Numbered from the whole stretch's first letter, positions 49,389 to 62,819 are shown. The stretch: DNA of 63,668 nucleotides, filler included, from Octopus bimaculoides (GCF_001194135.2; 8 parts of 7 records of this genome joined end to end with filler, not necessarily neighbours in it), one strand, 5' to 3'. A program made the numbers and translations. The notes: a model not told the origin generated them from the sequence alone.

Positions 49389-52300
49389 GGAAATATCATT
49401 ATTTTTTCTCATTTTCTGCAATTTTTATAATTGTATATTTATTACCATTTATTTTAGATTTATTTGCTTTCATGCTGTTCGACATTATTCTTTAGAGGGG
49501 CGATGTCTGTGTTTGGATACTGTGTAAAAGCAAGAATGTTTTATTGTGTAACAGACAAAAATGAAATGAAATTATTTAAAAATCAACCTTCGTTGTTATA
49601 CCTCTCCACAGAAACAGACTCCCAAACTGTGCAACAGAAAGTTCTATATTAAAGAACATATACCATCAAATTATTTTTTATGCGTCTGTAAAGCACGTAT
49701 GTATAATAGCGTATGTATAATAGCGTATGTATAATAGCGTGCGCACACACATGATGTTATTGCACGAACTACGTCAGAAGGGAGTTAACCTACTTAGTTG
49801 ATCTAAGGGAGATAACTTTGCCAATTTTGCAACTGCTATCATTAGAATGAAACCAGGGGAAATTAACGTCGTCTACTTTTGAAACCATACGCATCTGTAG
49901 CGAGTCTGAATAGTCATCCGAGTGAGTCAAAAACACTGTTGACTACGAGAAAGCACAGAGAGACGGCAATCATTTGTGAAGACAGAGAGATCACCATGTA
50001 TGTATTATAAAGGGAGAGGGACAGCCATGAACTCACACAGGAGAACTTGAGAAAAATGGGGGAATTCCTGTAGAATTTCAAACTTGTAAAATGAGGATTG
50101 GAGGGGTGTTTTGTTTGTTGAAACAAAAATAAGAATGGTATGTGAAGGAAAGATGACTGTGTTGGGTGCTGCACGTCACGGTCAAGCTTTTGGCTTTCAG
50201 AAGTGTTGTTTTATCTCACTGTTTTTTTTTTTTTTTAATCATTATTGTCTCGTGTATCCACCGCTCAGGCTCCCCTCAATCATTCGTTTTTTCTCTCCTC
50301 TTCTCACTTCTATTAGGTTCAGGTATCGGTTCTGCACTGGCCGTAATATCCATTCCTTCTCCCTAGATTATCGTCTCACTGAAATTTTCTCTTCGCTCAT
50401 GGTTTTCCTGCAGGTGTTGGCCTGCAATAATTTAAATAGAACATTAACACCATCAAGCTCACCAGTTTCAAAGCGCTTAAAAGTGTCATGGACACTGGCT
50501 ATTTCTTTAGACATAGCAGGTTAAAAAATATCAAAACCAAAAGACAACTGGTATCTATGAGCTTGTGATCGTTCTTCTGTCACCTCACCTCGTTTTATTG
50601 TATGTTTAGGACCACATTGTGCAAAGTATCCATCAGGATCTTAAGAGGTAGACTTTGACCTCGGGGAAATTTGGTTGTTTTTTAAGAGGCTCTCTTATTG
50701 TATTGGTTTTGGCTGCAGTATTCTGCAACGTGGAAAGGTTTGTAGTTGGCTGGTCTTTTTAGAAAATGCGATCTAAAATATTTGTGTATAGGTTACATAA
50801 TCAGATTTGTGATTTGTAGAGGTCAGTAACTGGTCTCCTGCTTAGATAGTAAAGCCAGTCTTTCAGGTTTTTTGTCATGGCTGTGTTACTGATGTATGAA
50901 ATAAGATTTAGTAAACATAATTATATATATAAGAAGTTCGATTAGCAATTATATAGTTCTGAGTTCGGTCTCATTGCGCGGCCCTTCATTCAAGTGTCAT
51001 TTACCATGACCTCAAATCAATCCGAGCCGTATAAAATTGGATAACGGAAGACTCTTCCGAATAGAGTGTATCAGATAAGCTCGTGATTCCTTCTATGTTC
51101 TTTATATCAGTTCTGAAAGACCAGACAAGTTCACAGACACAGACCTTTCTCCCTTGGCTATCTTTGAATAGAATGCTTTGTTTTTATGGTTTCATATAGA
51201 ATTTTATTCTTCGATACTAAGTTCATCTAATAGAATAAGGATATAAAACGAGAAGAGAATTTTAAATGTGGCGTGAAAACCACACTTTAGATGTAATCAT
51301 GGTTTTTGTCAACAAATGACATCACCTGAGAAGTAATTTAATGACAAGGATTGCAAGATCTACAGAATTCTAATTTCATACATTGCACACGAGGGATAAT
51401 TATGGGAATATTCTGTAACGATTTAGTTTAAAAGTGAATAAAACTGTAAAGATACAAAAAGATCATATGTAATTTGTTCAACCATCGCATTAAAGGAATA
51501 TTTTAGTGTGTTATTGTCTAATATTATTTCATATTACCAGTCACTATGAAAACACAGTTACCTCCCCATATAACAGCCGATGTTCCGAAAGCAATTCTTC
51601 GGAAGTTTGTGATAAGTGACTGTGATAACTTGGCTTATTTTTAATATTTTATTATTAGTAACAATTATTGTAACTGGCAGGCTTATGCTTATTTGAATCC
51701 CTGGTACATGGCATTTGGTCTCCCATTCTTAATGTGGCCGCACTAGTCACTGGAAAATTTTGTTGTAGAGTTAAAAATATAAAAGCGCGTCTTATACGTC
51801 GACAAATACGGTATTTACAAACATTTCGGGTATTCAATAAACAAAGTTTCGTTAATAATGGACTAAAGTGTGCCAAATATAAACTCAACTCAAGGTTTGT
51901 AAGTTCGGCGTTTATCAGCAATTTCTTTATGATTTAAAATATATTGATCGAATCCCATCATCCCTCACTAATATCCTAATTTCATATTGGTAACAATTCC
52001 TCAATTCAAACCACACGAACTCTCAAATGAGTTGTTGAAGTCTCACGTACGAAGTATAAAGTGCACGATCGGAACATGAAATCCCATTGGTACGTGCTAC
52101 AAGGGACACTACTCTTACAAAACACGTTCTACAAATACACTTTCGACTCAATAACTGTATTACACAACTGTCAAAATACCATATTAAGGAATCATTTTAG
52201 TGTATATTTTGAAGTGATTTGACACAGCTAAAACATCTATGGTTGGACACTACAACGACAAATGTAAGCTGCATGTAGCAGCTTACACGCAAGCAGAGGT

Positions 52301-53166
52301 CTTGTATGTACTGAGGACGAATGGTTCTCTGAAAATACTGGCTAATTCACCATTGCCCAACCTGAGGCAAATGAAATATGTTAGAAGAGGAAATTAAAAA
52401 TTGTTAGTACCATTTACTGCATAAGCAAGGACATAGTATTAAAGAAAATACAGATAAGGTCAATTTCTAAATTCTTTGGTCTATATGGCTGATATATTTT
52501 TCCGATAAACCATTCCGCGTAAGTCTCTACAATGTGATGTATGAATACGTGCTGATTTACAAAGCGTTTATGTGGGGAATAGCGACGAGTGGGAATAAAA
52601 AGTGGAAATATTTCCAACACAAACAGCTACATTTTTATGTCTAGGTATATTTTAAAAGTTTTAGTTACGAAGGAGGGCAGTGCTGACAACTCTTTAGAGG
52701 ACCACCAAGACTAGTAAGGTGGGTTGAGATTGAGGAAGTAAACCTTAAACCTGCCACCTAGTTCGAATGCTTACAAGAGAGTGGTGTCCACTAAAGGCAC
52801 CCTAGGAGCCAAGTGATGGTATTAAACCGGGTGACAGCTTAGTACTACCACCCAAAATTCAAAGGTCAAGTATGACGCAATCTATTAAAGCCGTAGATAA
52901 CTGAAATTTAATAATGAAGAAACTTGTTTGTATCTGTTAGGGCTTGTACTCAGAATTTATAGCCCTCATCGAATTCTTACACATGATAGATGGTTCTCTT
53001 GAAATAAGAAAAAAAATTACTCTCGAAAGGGACACGTTATGAATAGTAAAGAGACACCCACTAAATATAATTCCGAATGGGATCTTCACAGTAGATGTCA
53101 TCCCTACAATTTAATCTTTACTTTAAAGAGCATTATTTCCAGAATGAAGAGCACTTTGACCATTAC

Positions 53167-53307
53167 CTGGTGCCGGTTCTCTCACCCATTTTACACACAT
53201 GCCTTTACACGATATCGTCTTCAACTGTGGATGGGTTTCATTAAATGGATCGGAGCACCAGTCATCTTTGTTCAAACAGTGATAGCAAGTGATCGGATCT
53301 CTAGAAT
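53167..53307 (-). CDS. Internal exon of a Ly6/uPAR (three-finger) quiver/sleepless-like protein
   Basis: Long pyrimidine tract with tttcag acceptor, CAG|gtaatg donor, 141-nt phase 1-1 open frame xSRDPITCYHCLNKDDWCSDPFNETHPQLKTISCKGMCVKWVREPAP. The C-x2-C-x6-C-x-DPF...C-x3-C-VK pattern matches the first half of QVR-type LU domains. Confidence 0.75.
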
Positions 53308-53404
53308 CTGAAACGAAGGCAGAAAAAAAAAAACAACATTAATTTTAACGAAATATTTAGTTGGAAGTACAAATCAGAGACTTGTCTGCAACCGTACACA
53401 CACA

Positions 53405-53504
53405 NNNNNNNNNNNNNNNNNNNNNNNNNNNNNNNNNNNNNNNNNNNNTTAATTAATTAANNNNNNNNNNNNNNNNNNNNNNNNNNNNNNNNNNNNNNNN
53501 NNNN
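53405..53504. other. Artificial scaffold spacer
   Basis: N44-TTAATTAATTAA-N44. Confidence 0.95.
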
Positions 53505-53547
53505 TTGCAATTGGATTTAGTAGACAGAAACTGAAAAAAACCCGTCG

Positions 53548-53578
<31 letters not shown>

Positions 53579-53820
53579 CTGTGTGCGTGCGTGCATATCT
53601 TTGTGCATGTGTTTGTCCCCCCCCCCATCTCCGCTTGACAACTGGCATTAGTATGTTTACGTGCTCGTAACTTAGCTGTTCGGCAAAATAGACCGATCGA
53701 ATAAGTAGTAGGCTTAAGAAATAAGTCTTGGGCCGATTTTCTCAACTAAAACCCTTCAATGCGGTGTTCCAACATGGCCGCAGTCAAATGACTGAAACAA
53801 ATAAAAGAATAAAAGAATAA
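53505..53820 (+). mobile_element. SINE family A (head lost in spacer)
   Basis: GGATTTAGTAGACAGAAACTGAA...GTTCGGCAAAATAGACCGAT...CATGGCCGCAGTCAAATGACTGAAAC. Confidence 0.8.
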
Positions 53821-54166
53821 AGGGAAAAGATCCAACGCCTCCATCTATCTGTTTCTCTTTTTGCTTTTTTGCCTCTGTATCAGTTTGCCTAAATGATTAC
53901 CTATTTAGGCAATCATCGTTGATGACCCCTACCCTCTATATAGATTTCTATTACATAATAAAACTTATATCTGCACACGTAGATCATGTGTGGAAGCAGC
54001 TGTAGCTTATTGAACTGAATATAGTGGATATTTCCTGCAATCAACAGTGAGATAAAACGCAATGCCAAAGCTGATAGGCAGGATTTGAACTTGGTCATTA
54101 ATCAATGAAATTAAGTACTGCTCGACGTGTTACCATCTATGCCACACTTACAGACCTGATAATAAT

Positions 54167-54318
54167 CTCTTCTACTCTAGGCACAAGGCCCGAAATTTTT
54201 TGGGAGGGGGCTAGTCGATAAGATCGACTCCAGTACGCAACTGGTACTTAATTTATCGACCCGGAAAGAATGAAAGGCAAAGTCGACCTCGGCAGAATTT
54301 GAACTCAGAACATAACAG
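54167..54318 (-). mobile_element. SINE family B 3' part
   Basis: CTTCTACTCTAGGCACAAGGCCCGAAATT...AAAGTCGACCTCGGCAGAATTTGAACTC. Confidence 0.8.
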
Positions 54319-55167
54319 ACCTGATAATAATGTCACACTATATTGTATTTTGATAATATTATAAGGCCAGTAATTTTAGGGAGTTTGTGTTAACTTCATG
54401 ATTAAAGGCAGTGCTCTAGCATGGCCCCAGTCAAATGACTGGAATATAAAAGAATAATAGAATATATTTCTGCCTTAAATTTGCATGTTTTCGAAATAAC
54501 TAAATATTGAAGTTGAACAAAGTTTCATATTATGTATTCGAGAAGATTAATAAAGCTCGTTGATTAGTTTTCATTAATTGTGTTCATAAAATATTTTGCA
54601 AGAAGCAAATCAATTCTGTAAATGTATTCCCATAGCAGCATAACAAGCGAGATTACAGTGTAGCAGGATTAAAAATACTTTGGCCAAAAGATAGGTAGCT
54701 CAGTAAATCACAAAAAACGCACATTTGGTTGGTGCTGACGATTGACAAATCTCAGCGAGAACCAATTGAGAAAGAGGCCAATATGTCAACACTGAAATCT
54801 AAATAAATTAAATGTTTTGCAGACAATGACGGAAGAGTTCAAAAAATTAAGAAAAAAATTGAAAAACGAAAAAAGAAACGAAACAAAAAAGATTATCCCA
54901 GACATAGAAAATCGTTATGAAATGAAGAACAAAGGCCTCAAAATTGTTAACTGGAATAAATAAAGAACAAAAAAAATTGAGAATGGCACTCAATGAAATT
55001 AAGAATAATATACAGCTCTCACTAATATGAGTGAACAGTAAATTGAGACTATGATTATAAAAATACATAAAAATCAACTATAAAAGTTTCTATTAATCCA
55101 GCTTGTTTGCTATAGAAAGTAGAAGCGTAAAGCCTTTAACCCTACCAGTAGTTCAGCTGGTACTTAG

Positions 55168-55356
55168 AAGCAATACTCTTTGTGTAGAACTTTTGGGTCA
55201 CTTCCAGAACAGCAGGGGGCTTGATATTGTGGCGAACTATAGTAAGAAGCAATAATGCAGATGTTTTGAGAACAAGTGTCGTTTATAGAGTCAGCATGAC
55301 TTCCCGTTTTCAATGTCCTCGGGATCCATCCTAGCAGTCGTCCCGGTGTTTTTGCA
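55168..55356 (-). mobile_element. Heavily decayed CR1 LINE fragment (post-RT region)
   Basis: Frameshifted RLLGWIPRTL../LYK../HNIKPPAVLEVTQKFYTKSI, matching the CR1 LGWIxRTF..LYKT..LExVQ..FTKxI region. Confidence 0.55.
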
Positions 55357-55609
55357 AGTTTAGTAATGTACGTTACTAATATGCATTTAGTAATGGTGTG
55401 AGTTTATTAACTGTATACAATAAGCAATATGTTAAACATGTGGTTACTTATAATTTCAGGTTAGGCACAGCTTCGATATACCATTTAGAAATTATCTTTT
55501 CTTATCACTACCCGGTCAAATACGTAGAAGTCTATCTTTTGCTGTGAAGGTTTGGTAAGACTGAAACATACCTGAAGTTGGCACCTGTACTTGCTGACAG
55601 TATTAAAAT

Positions 55610-55830
55610 ATTGGTTACAAATTTTGGTACAAGGCCAGAAAATTAAGTAGGGGAGGGGCAAAATCGATTACATCGACGTCAGTGATCAACTGGTAATTAT
55701 TTCATCGACTCGAAAGGATAAAAGGCAAAGTCGACCTTGGCGGAATTTGAACCCAGAACGTAAAGACGGACGAGATTCCGCGAGGCTTTGTTCACAGCTC
55801 GCTGACGATTCCGCCAGTGTGCCACCTTAC
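55610..55830 (-). mobile_element. SINE family B
   Basis: AAAGGCAAAGTCGACCTTGGCGGAATTTGAACCCAGAACG. Confidence 0.8.
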
Positions 55831-55860
55831 CCCATTAAAATATTAGGCATTGAGATAATA

Positions 55861-56375
55861 CATTTCTCATCAAATTAATACTTTTATTAATAGCGATTTG
55901 TTCTGTCAGTCATTTCTATTAAGTTAAAATAAATGTAAACAAACCTTCAAATCTTGTTGCTGAATTCAAGCTCATTGCATTTTTTAAAAAAAACTAATCG
56001 ACTATCTCTCTCCCGCAAATTTCAGGCCTTGTGCCTATAGTAGAAAGGATTATTATTGTTGTTCTTGTCGTTGTCGTTGTTAAGGCGGCAATCGATTGCA
56101 TGCCGGACAAAATAAATGCTCAGCGGCATTTCATCCGGTCTTACACTGTCAGTACGAATTCCGTCGAGGTTGACTTTGCTTCTCATCCTTTCGGGGGTCG
56201 ATAAAATAAGTACCAGTCGAACACTGGGGTCGATGTAATCCACATTCCTCATCAAATTAATACTTTTATTAATAGTGATTTGTTCTGTCAGTCATTTCTA
56301 TTAAGTTAAAATAAATGTAAACAAACCTTCAAATCTTGTTGCTGAATTCAAGCTCATTGCATTTTTTTTTTTAAA
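55861..56375 (+). repeat. About 125-bp direct repeats flanking a 249-bp copy of 60695-60943
   Basis: Direct repeats at 55861-55988 and 56243-56375; insert 55995-56243 differs from 60695-60943 at 4 positions. Confidence 0.85.
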
Positions 56376-56759
56376 CAGGTTTTATATTTATTCTATACCA
56401 ACTTAATTCAAAAATGGTTATTGTTTCCACTTGGAAGATTGCAGTGATGTTAAAATAAGCTTCTCTAATCAAACTTGGACGGTTTCGAAATCTGGAATTT
56501 CTTGAAGGGACTAGCATCAAATATTAACATGAGAGCCATGCAAAAAAACTGCAAATACGTGTCACACGTTCTTTCCTGCATTAGGGTGATATATTTCAAT
56601 ATCATCGCCTCTCTTAGTGCATATCTCTTCATTCATGTGCATTAACTACAGTATTAGAGCACTTTAGCTCTTATTTCTAGCAATATAGGTGCTTCTTTAC
56701 ACCCTAGTCACATTTAGTGACATTTGTAATTCTCCCTTTTGGCGAAATATTTCAAACTG

Positions 56760-56976
56760 CTCTTTTACTCTTTTATTCTTTTACGTGTTTCAATCATTTG
56801 ACTGCGGCCATGCTGAAGCACCGCCTTTATATCGAGCAAGTCGACCCCAGGACTAATTCTTTGTAAGCCTAGTACTTATTATATCGATCTCTTTTGCCGA
56901 ACCGCTAAGTTACGGGGACTTAACTACACCAGCATCGGTTGTCAAGCGATGTTGGAGGACAAACACAGACACACAA

Positions 56977-57016
<40 letters not shown>

Positions 57017-57245
57017 ATATATNNNNNNNNNNNNNNNNNNNNNNNNNNNNNNNNNNNNNNNNNNNNNNNNNNNNNNNNNNNNNNNNNNNNNNNNNNNNNT
57101 ATACATATATACATATATACGACGGGCTTCTTTCAGTTTCCGTCTACCAAATCCACTCACAAGACTTTGGTCGGCTCGAGGCTATAGTAGAAGACACTTG
57201 CCCAAGGTGCCACGCAATGGGACTGAACTCGCAACCATGTGGTTG
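56760..57245 (-). mobile_element. SINE family A, near full length, gapped
   Basis: 3' half at 56760-56975 and 5' half at 57120-57245. Confidence 0.85.
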
Positions 57246-57264
57246 CTGTTTATATTAATTTTAT

Positions 57265-57295
<31 letters not shown>

Positions 57296-57399
57296 CACAC
57301 ACACACGCACACACACGTAGTTGTGTGTATGTATGTGTGTGAATGAGTGAGTGTGGGTGTGTACGTGTGTGTACGTGTGCGTGTGTTTGTGTTTGATTT

Positions 57400-57595
57400 C
57401 TTCCGTACCCTACCGCTAGACAACTTGTATGGTGTGTTAATATCCCTGCATTTTAGTGATTTTGGTAAAAGGAACCGATATAATAATAGCTTTAAAAAAT
57501 AAATGCTGGTGTCGATTTAGCTGACTGAACTCTTCATGGTAGTGCTCCAGCATGGCCGCAGTCCAATAGGTGAAACAACTAAAAGGTTAAAGATA
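57400..57595 (+). mobile_element. SINE family A 3' half, diverged
   Basis: GTGCTCCAGCATGGCCGCAGTCC...GAAACAACTAAAAG. Confidence 0.65.
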
Positions 57596-58337
57596 TTCTG
57601 TCTTGAATATACGAAAAACGATAAACTATGGAATAGCTACAATTCACTTAGTTTTCTGCATTCTGGAAAACCTATCAAAAACGTAAACCTCTTCTAAGTT
57701 TTAATAATTTAATAATAAAGCTTCGATTTAGTAGTTGATAAAATGTTCAGAAAACATTAAAATGCCACGATTAAATTAATAGTACACATATATTTTTATA
57801 TTCAAGCAAGTGTACTGGTGAGCGTGAGAGAAATTTGAAGTGAAGAGTTTAAGAACAACATATCAGAATGAAAACAAAATATATAAATGTAGATTAAATA
57901 TTTAAAACTGCATCAAGAAACTTGAAAGAAAAAAAAAAAATGGTTTGCTACGACTGTTGTAAGTTATCAAAGTTCAACGAAGGTTTTATACCAACCAACA
58001 AGTTCAAACTGTACTTGGAAATATAACTAATCATAAGTGTACAGGAGTAAAAACAGTTATTCTAGATCGGCTAAAATATGTACACACGCTACTGTGAGCT
58101 GATGCATTCAACTTCACGTAGTTCAATGAATTTGTTATGGTAAAACACACACGCACACAAACATACACACACACACACATGCACGCACGCATAAACACAC
58201 ACACACATGCACGCACGCACACACACACACGCACACACACACACACACACAGAATTATACTGTATGTGTGTTTGATATATATGATACACACATGTAAGTT
58301 TATGTGATACATATGTGTGTGTGTGTGTGTATATATA

Positions 58338-58733
58338 GGCGCAGGAGTGGCTGTGTGATAAGGAGCTTGCTTACCAACCACATGGTCATGGGTTCAGTCC
58401 CACTGCGTGGCACCTTGGGCAAGTGTCTTCTACTATAGCCTCGGACCGACCAAAGCCTTGTGAGTGGATTTGGTAGACGGAAACTGGAAGAAGCCCGTCG
58501 TATATGTATATGTATATATGTATATGTATGTGTGTGTATATGTTTGTGTGTCTGTTTGTCCACCCAGCACCGTTTGACAACCGATGCTGGTGTGTTTACG
58601 TCCCCGTAACTTAGCGGTTCGGCAAAAGAGACCGATAGAATAAGTCCTAGGCTTACATAGAATAAATCCTGGGGTCGATTTGCTCGACTATAAAGGCGGT
58701 GCTCCAGCATGGCCGCAGTCAAATGACTGAAAC
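58338..58733 (+). mobile_element. SINE family A, full-length reference copy
   Basis: tRNA-like head (A-box TGGCTGTGTGA, B-box GGTTCAGTCC), body, internal TA/TG microsatellite, 3' half. Confidence 0.9.
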
Positions 58734-59708
58734 NNNNNNNNNNNNNNNNNNNNNNNNNNNNNNNNATATATATATATATATATATACTCACGCACAAATA
58801 CACGCACATACAAATATATAGTGTGTATCTTATACAGTATACACACATGTATGTCTATATATGATACATATACATACACACACATATGTATTAATGAGTG
58901 TGCATATGTATTGACCATATATGTAGTGCAGAATTAATACAGAATATAAAGGAAATTTGGGATTTCTTCAATATCTCACCGAAGAGATTATGCACCAGTT
59001 TCTCTATTTCTTTCTCCACCACACATACATAATCTACAGTTAAAGCATGTACACTTTAATATATCATATGCGCATATTTCCTTACTACACACAGTTGCAC
59101 ACACGTGTTTGCATATGTGTGTATGGATGCATGTGTATGAATATGTTTATGCATGTCCATGTACGTTTATATGTTTCGTATTGCGCCTCAATGTTCTATT
59201 TAAATGTTTGTCCGGAGTTATAGATCGTGAGTATGTATTTCTGCTCGTACGTACATACGCTGATGACGTCTGTATCATAAAAAGAAAAAGTAAAACCAAC
59301 TGATCGACCGACCAACGAACTCACCAACGAACTGACCCACCCACACATCCACCTACCAACCAAGCAACCAACCAGCTAAATAAATAAACAAACACACAAC
59401 AACGACATAGATTCATTTGGTATTTAATGTTATTCATCTCCAAATATGATGTAGAAGTAAATTTTCTCATGAGGTTTTCTTTTTATAAAACGTTATATTT
59501 GCCGAACGTTTGTGTCACAATCTACGATCTGAACAACTAACTGGTGAATCTGCTTTTTGCTGCTTCTAACATCACTGCTGTTGCGCGGCCTCATTATTTT
59601 CTTCTTGTGGACATATTCTAGAAGGAACTATTATTGATCGTGCCCTACGGCTTTGGGGGATTTTTACTATTCTTACTGCTGCCGCCAATATATATGTATA
59701 TGTAAATA

Positions 59709-59739
<31 letters not shown>

Positions 59740-59785
59740 CTGTGACTGATCGTATCTGTGTGTATATCTATCTATTTGTCCCACA

Positions 59786-59860
<75 letters not shown>

Positions 59861-59956
59861 CATACATACATAATTATGTATAGATATATATATACATATT
59901 TACACATACATATATATGTATAATATATACATACATATACATATACATACACACAG

Positions 59957-59988
<32 letters not shown>

Positions 59989-60129
59989 TATATACACATA
60001 TATACATTTATACATATAAATTTGTATATATACATATATATAGACATACGCACATATATTTACATATATGTATATATATAAACATATATATGCATATATA
60101 CACACACAAATGTATGTATATTATTGTGT

Positions 60130-60590
60130 GTACACTATTCTTAACATTACTACCTTCACTACCAACGCCAACACTACCTCCATCAAGACAGGATAACAAA
60201 CGCTACCGCAATTCCCACCACCACCACCACCACTACAACAACAACAACTACGACCACTAGAAACACTAACATCACTTTCGTTAATATGACATGCACTACC
60301 GCGAGCCCCACAACCGCCATTGCCGCCACCACTGCCGCCACCTCCACTGCAAACAGCAATGCCACTTCCATCAATTCGACGAGTACTACTACGACCTCAA
60401 CCAAAACCATTACCACCACCATATACCACTAACTACACCATCACTAACGACGCCAGCACTACCAGATCCAACCACTGCCAGGGTCACCACCACCAGGACC
60501 ACCACCACCACCACCACCACGAACACAACAACAACAACTACAATTGTAGCACCATCACCATCCCTACAATCTTCGCACTCACGACGACGG
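60130..60590. repeat. Cryptically simple CAC/ACC/AAC/TAC trinucleotide mosaic
   Basis: Directly visible; yields His/Thr/Pro/Val-rich spurious ORFs. Confidence 0.8.
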
Positions 60591-60965
60591 CGTTTGCCGC
60601 TACGTTCTGAGTTCAAATTCCGCCGAGGTCGACTTTGCCTTTCATCCTTTCGGGGTCGATAAATTAAGTACCAGTAACACACTGGGGTTCAATGTAATCG
60701 ACTATCTCTCCCCCGCAAATTTCAGGCCTTGTGCCTATAGTAGAAAGGATTATTATTGTTGTTCTTGTCGTTGTCGTTGTTAAGGCGGCAATCGATTGCA
60801 TGCCGGACAAAATAAATGCTCAGCGACATTTCATCCGGTCTTACACTGTCAGTACGAATTCCGTCGAGGTCGACTTTGCTTCTCATCCTTTCAGGGGTCG
60901 ATAAAATAAGTACCAGTCGAACACTGGGGTCGATGTAATCCACTAGACCCTCTCAAATATTTCAG
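60590..60965 (+). mobile_element. Two tandem SINE family B copies
   Basis: GTTCTGAGTTCAAATTCCGCCGAGGTCGACTTTGCC at about 60605; second copy from about 60782. Confidence 0.85.
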
Positions 60966-61010
60966 ACTTTCTGCCTACAGTATAAAGAATTATTATCGTT
61001 GTTGTTGTTA

Positions 61011-61061
<51 letters not shown>

Positions 61062-61138
61062 GTGATGGTGATGATGATGATGATTATGATGATGATGATG
61101 ATGATGATGATGGTGATGCCGTCGTCGTTGTCATCGTC

Positions 61139-61230
61139 GCTTTCACTTCACTACCGAGCGCAGCTCTGTGCGCCTTGGGTATGTGCTGTGGTTTGCTGTG
61201 GTGCTCTTATGTTTACTGTATTGAAAGTGT
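61139..61230 (-). mobile_element. R4/Dong-like 3' UTR fragment between (GAT)n and (TTA)n
   Basis: Reverse complement identical by eye to about 47213-47304. Confidence 0.85.
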
Positions 61231-61231
61231 A

Positions 61232-61288
<57 letters not shown>

Positions 61289-61873
61289 ATTATTATTATT
61301 GTTATTGTTATTGTTATTGTTGTTAGTTGTTCTTGGAATTACTATTATTATTGAATGTTAGCTTCTGTATTTTTTTCCTTGTTTCTTTTTTTTTTTTGTT
61401 TAACCACAACTGACGACTTTATCCCCCATCCTCGCCCCTCCCTCCCTGCTAATATCTTCTCACAACACCTTTTCTACAGTCGTCATCCTTCTCATTTTTA
61501 TTTCAGAAATCGAAATCAGAAGGGGCACCGGAGCACAATGCAGAGTACTTTAACAGACCTCAATCACACCACTTCACATACAACAGTGAAATGATGTTGA
61601 TTCACATACCCACGTTTGTCATACGGACAGTCGCACGCATGCACGTACGCACGCATGCACATACATACATACATACATGCATACATGCATACATACATAC
61701 ATACATACATATACATATACATATGCATACGTTCGTACATGTGTACATGCATACATGAATACTGACGTATGTACATACATGGATATACACACTTGAATGT
61801 ATACAGATGCACGTGCAACATACACATGCATAAATACATTACGCACAACCACGTTTTCCACACAAACGGTCAT

Positions 61874-61914
<41 letters not shown>

Positions 61915-61970
61915 AGCATACATATATACATACATAAATATAGACACTTGCGTACATACAGAAATAATAT

Positions 61971-62070
61971 NNNNNNNNNNNNNNNNNNNNNNNNNNNNNN
62001 NNNNNNNNNNNNNNTTAATTAATTAANNNNNNNNNNNNNNNNNNNNNNNNNNNNNNNNNNNNNNNNNNNN
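61971..62070. other. Artificial scaffold spacer
   Basis: N44-TTAATTAATTAA-N44. Confidence 0.95.
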
Positions 62071-62199
62071 GAAAGTATCTGACATTACAGTATCGAAATG
62101 TGATTGTTTCAGTTAGTAGAATAGTTTCATTTTTAAAGTGAAAGTATTTGACATGAGTGTTTTTGTTTCACTTTTGACACGTAATACTTAAATAGTGGA

Positions 62200-62376
62200 G
62201 GAGATATTATGTTGCTGTCGGCTCGAACTCTGCAAGAAGTTAAAATTTTTTTTGACTAAAACACAACTGGAACCCTAAGTAAGGCATCTGTAAAATTTGA
62301 ATGAAATTGGTTGCGTAGTTCTCGAGTTTTAGGGATTCACACACACACACAGACAGACAGACAGGCACACATTCTA

Positions 62377-62400
<24 letters not shown>
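62200..62400 (+). mobile_element. Possible Helentron/DINE-1-like non-autonomous element end
   Basis: AAATTTGAATGAAATTGG..TAGTTCTCGAG..(CA)n(CAGA)n..TTTATATAT layout. Confidence 0.35.
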
Positions 62401-62416
<16 letters not shown>

Positions 62417-62819
62417 ATCAAACATAAATTGAAAACAGAAAAGAAAGGATATCGCAATACACATGTTTCAAGCTTTATAAACAATCTGTTATTACATCAC
62501 CATAGGTATATTGATACAAAAGGTGGTTTAATGCTCTCTTCAGCTGCCAACAACTTTTTAGTCCAAAGATTACATTACAAAAGAAAAAGTACACTTAGTA
62601 TTATCCATTATAATAGGTTTATCACATCTCTTGAAAAAAGTATATTTGTATAGAGGTTCACTAGATTTTAAAAATCTGCCCATATTGTACCACCATTCAG
62701 CATATGTATGTGTATATATATATATATGTGTATGTATATATATATGTATATATATATGTATATATGTATATATATATATGTTTTTACATATATATATGTA
62801 TGTATATATATATATATAC

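Noticed and set aside
49914-50174. Hydrophobic C-terminus as the GPI-signal exon of the Ly6-like gene
   Set aside because: Lacks the required CxC..CN cysteines, and the phase 1 reading from the nearby acceptor stops early.
51011-51112. Open minus-strand frame after a good acceptor
   Set aside because: Weak donor (GTCATG), wrong phase for the Ly6 exon, and it overlaps a decayed SINE A remnant.
52239-52330. Phase 1 frame ending ..LLACKLLHAAYICRCSVQP* as the next Ly6 exon
   Set aside because: Cys spacing does not fit; no terminal CN motif or GPI signal.
55568-55620. Strong minus-strand donor CAG|GTATGT as the signal-peptide exon of the Ly6-like gene
   Set aside because: The hydrophobic frame ends in phase 2, incompatible with the phase 1 acceptor; no start codon; lies across a spacer.
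60183-60682. His/Pro/Thr- or Val-rich ORFs
   Set aside because: Low-complexity trinucleotide mosaic running into a SINE.
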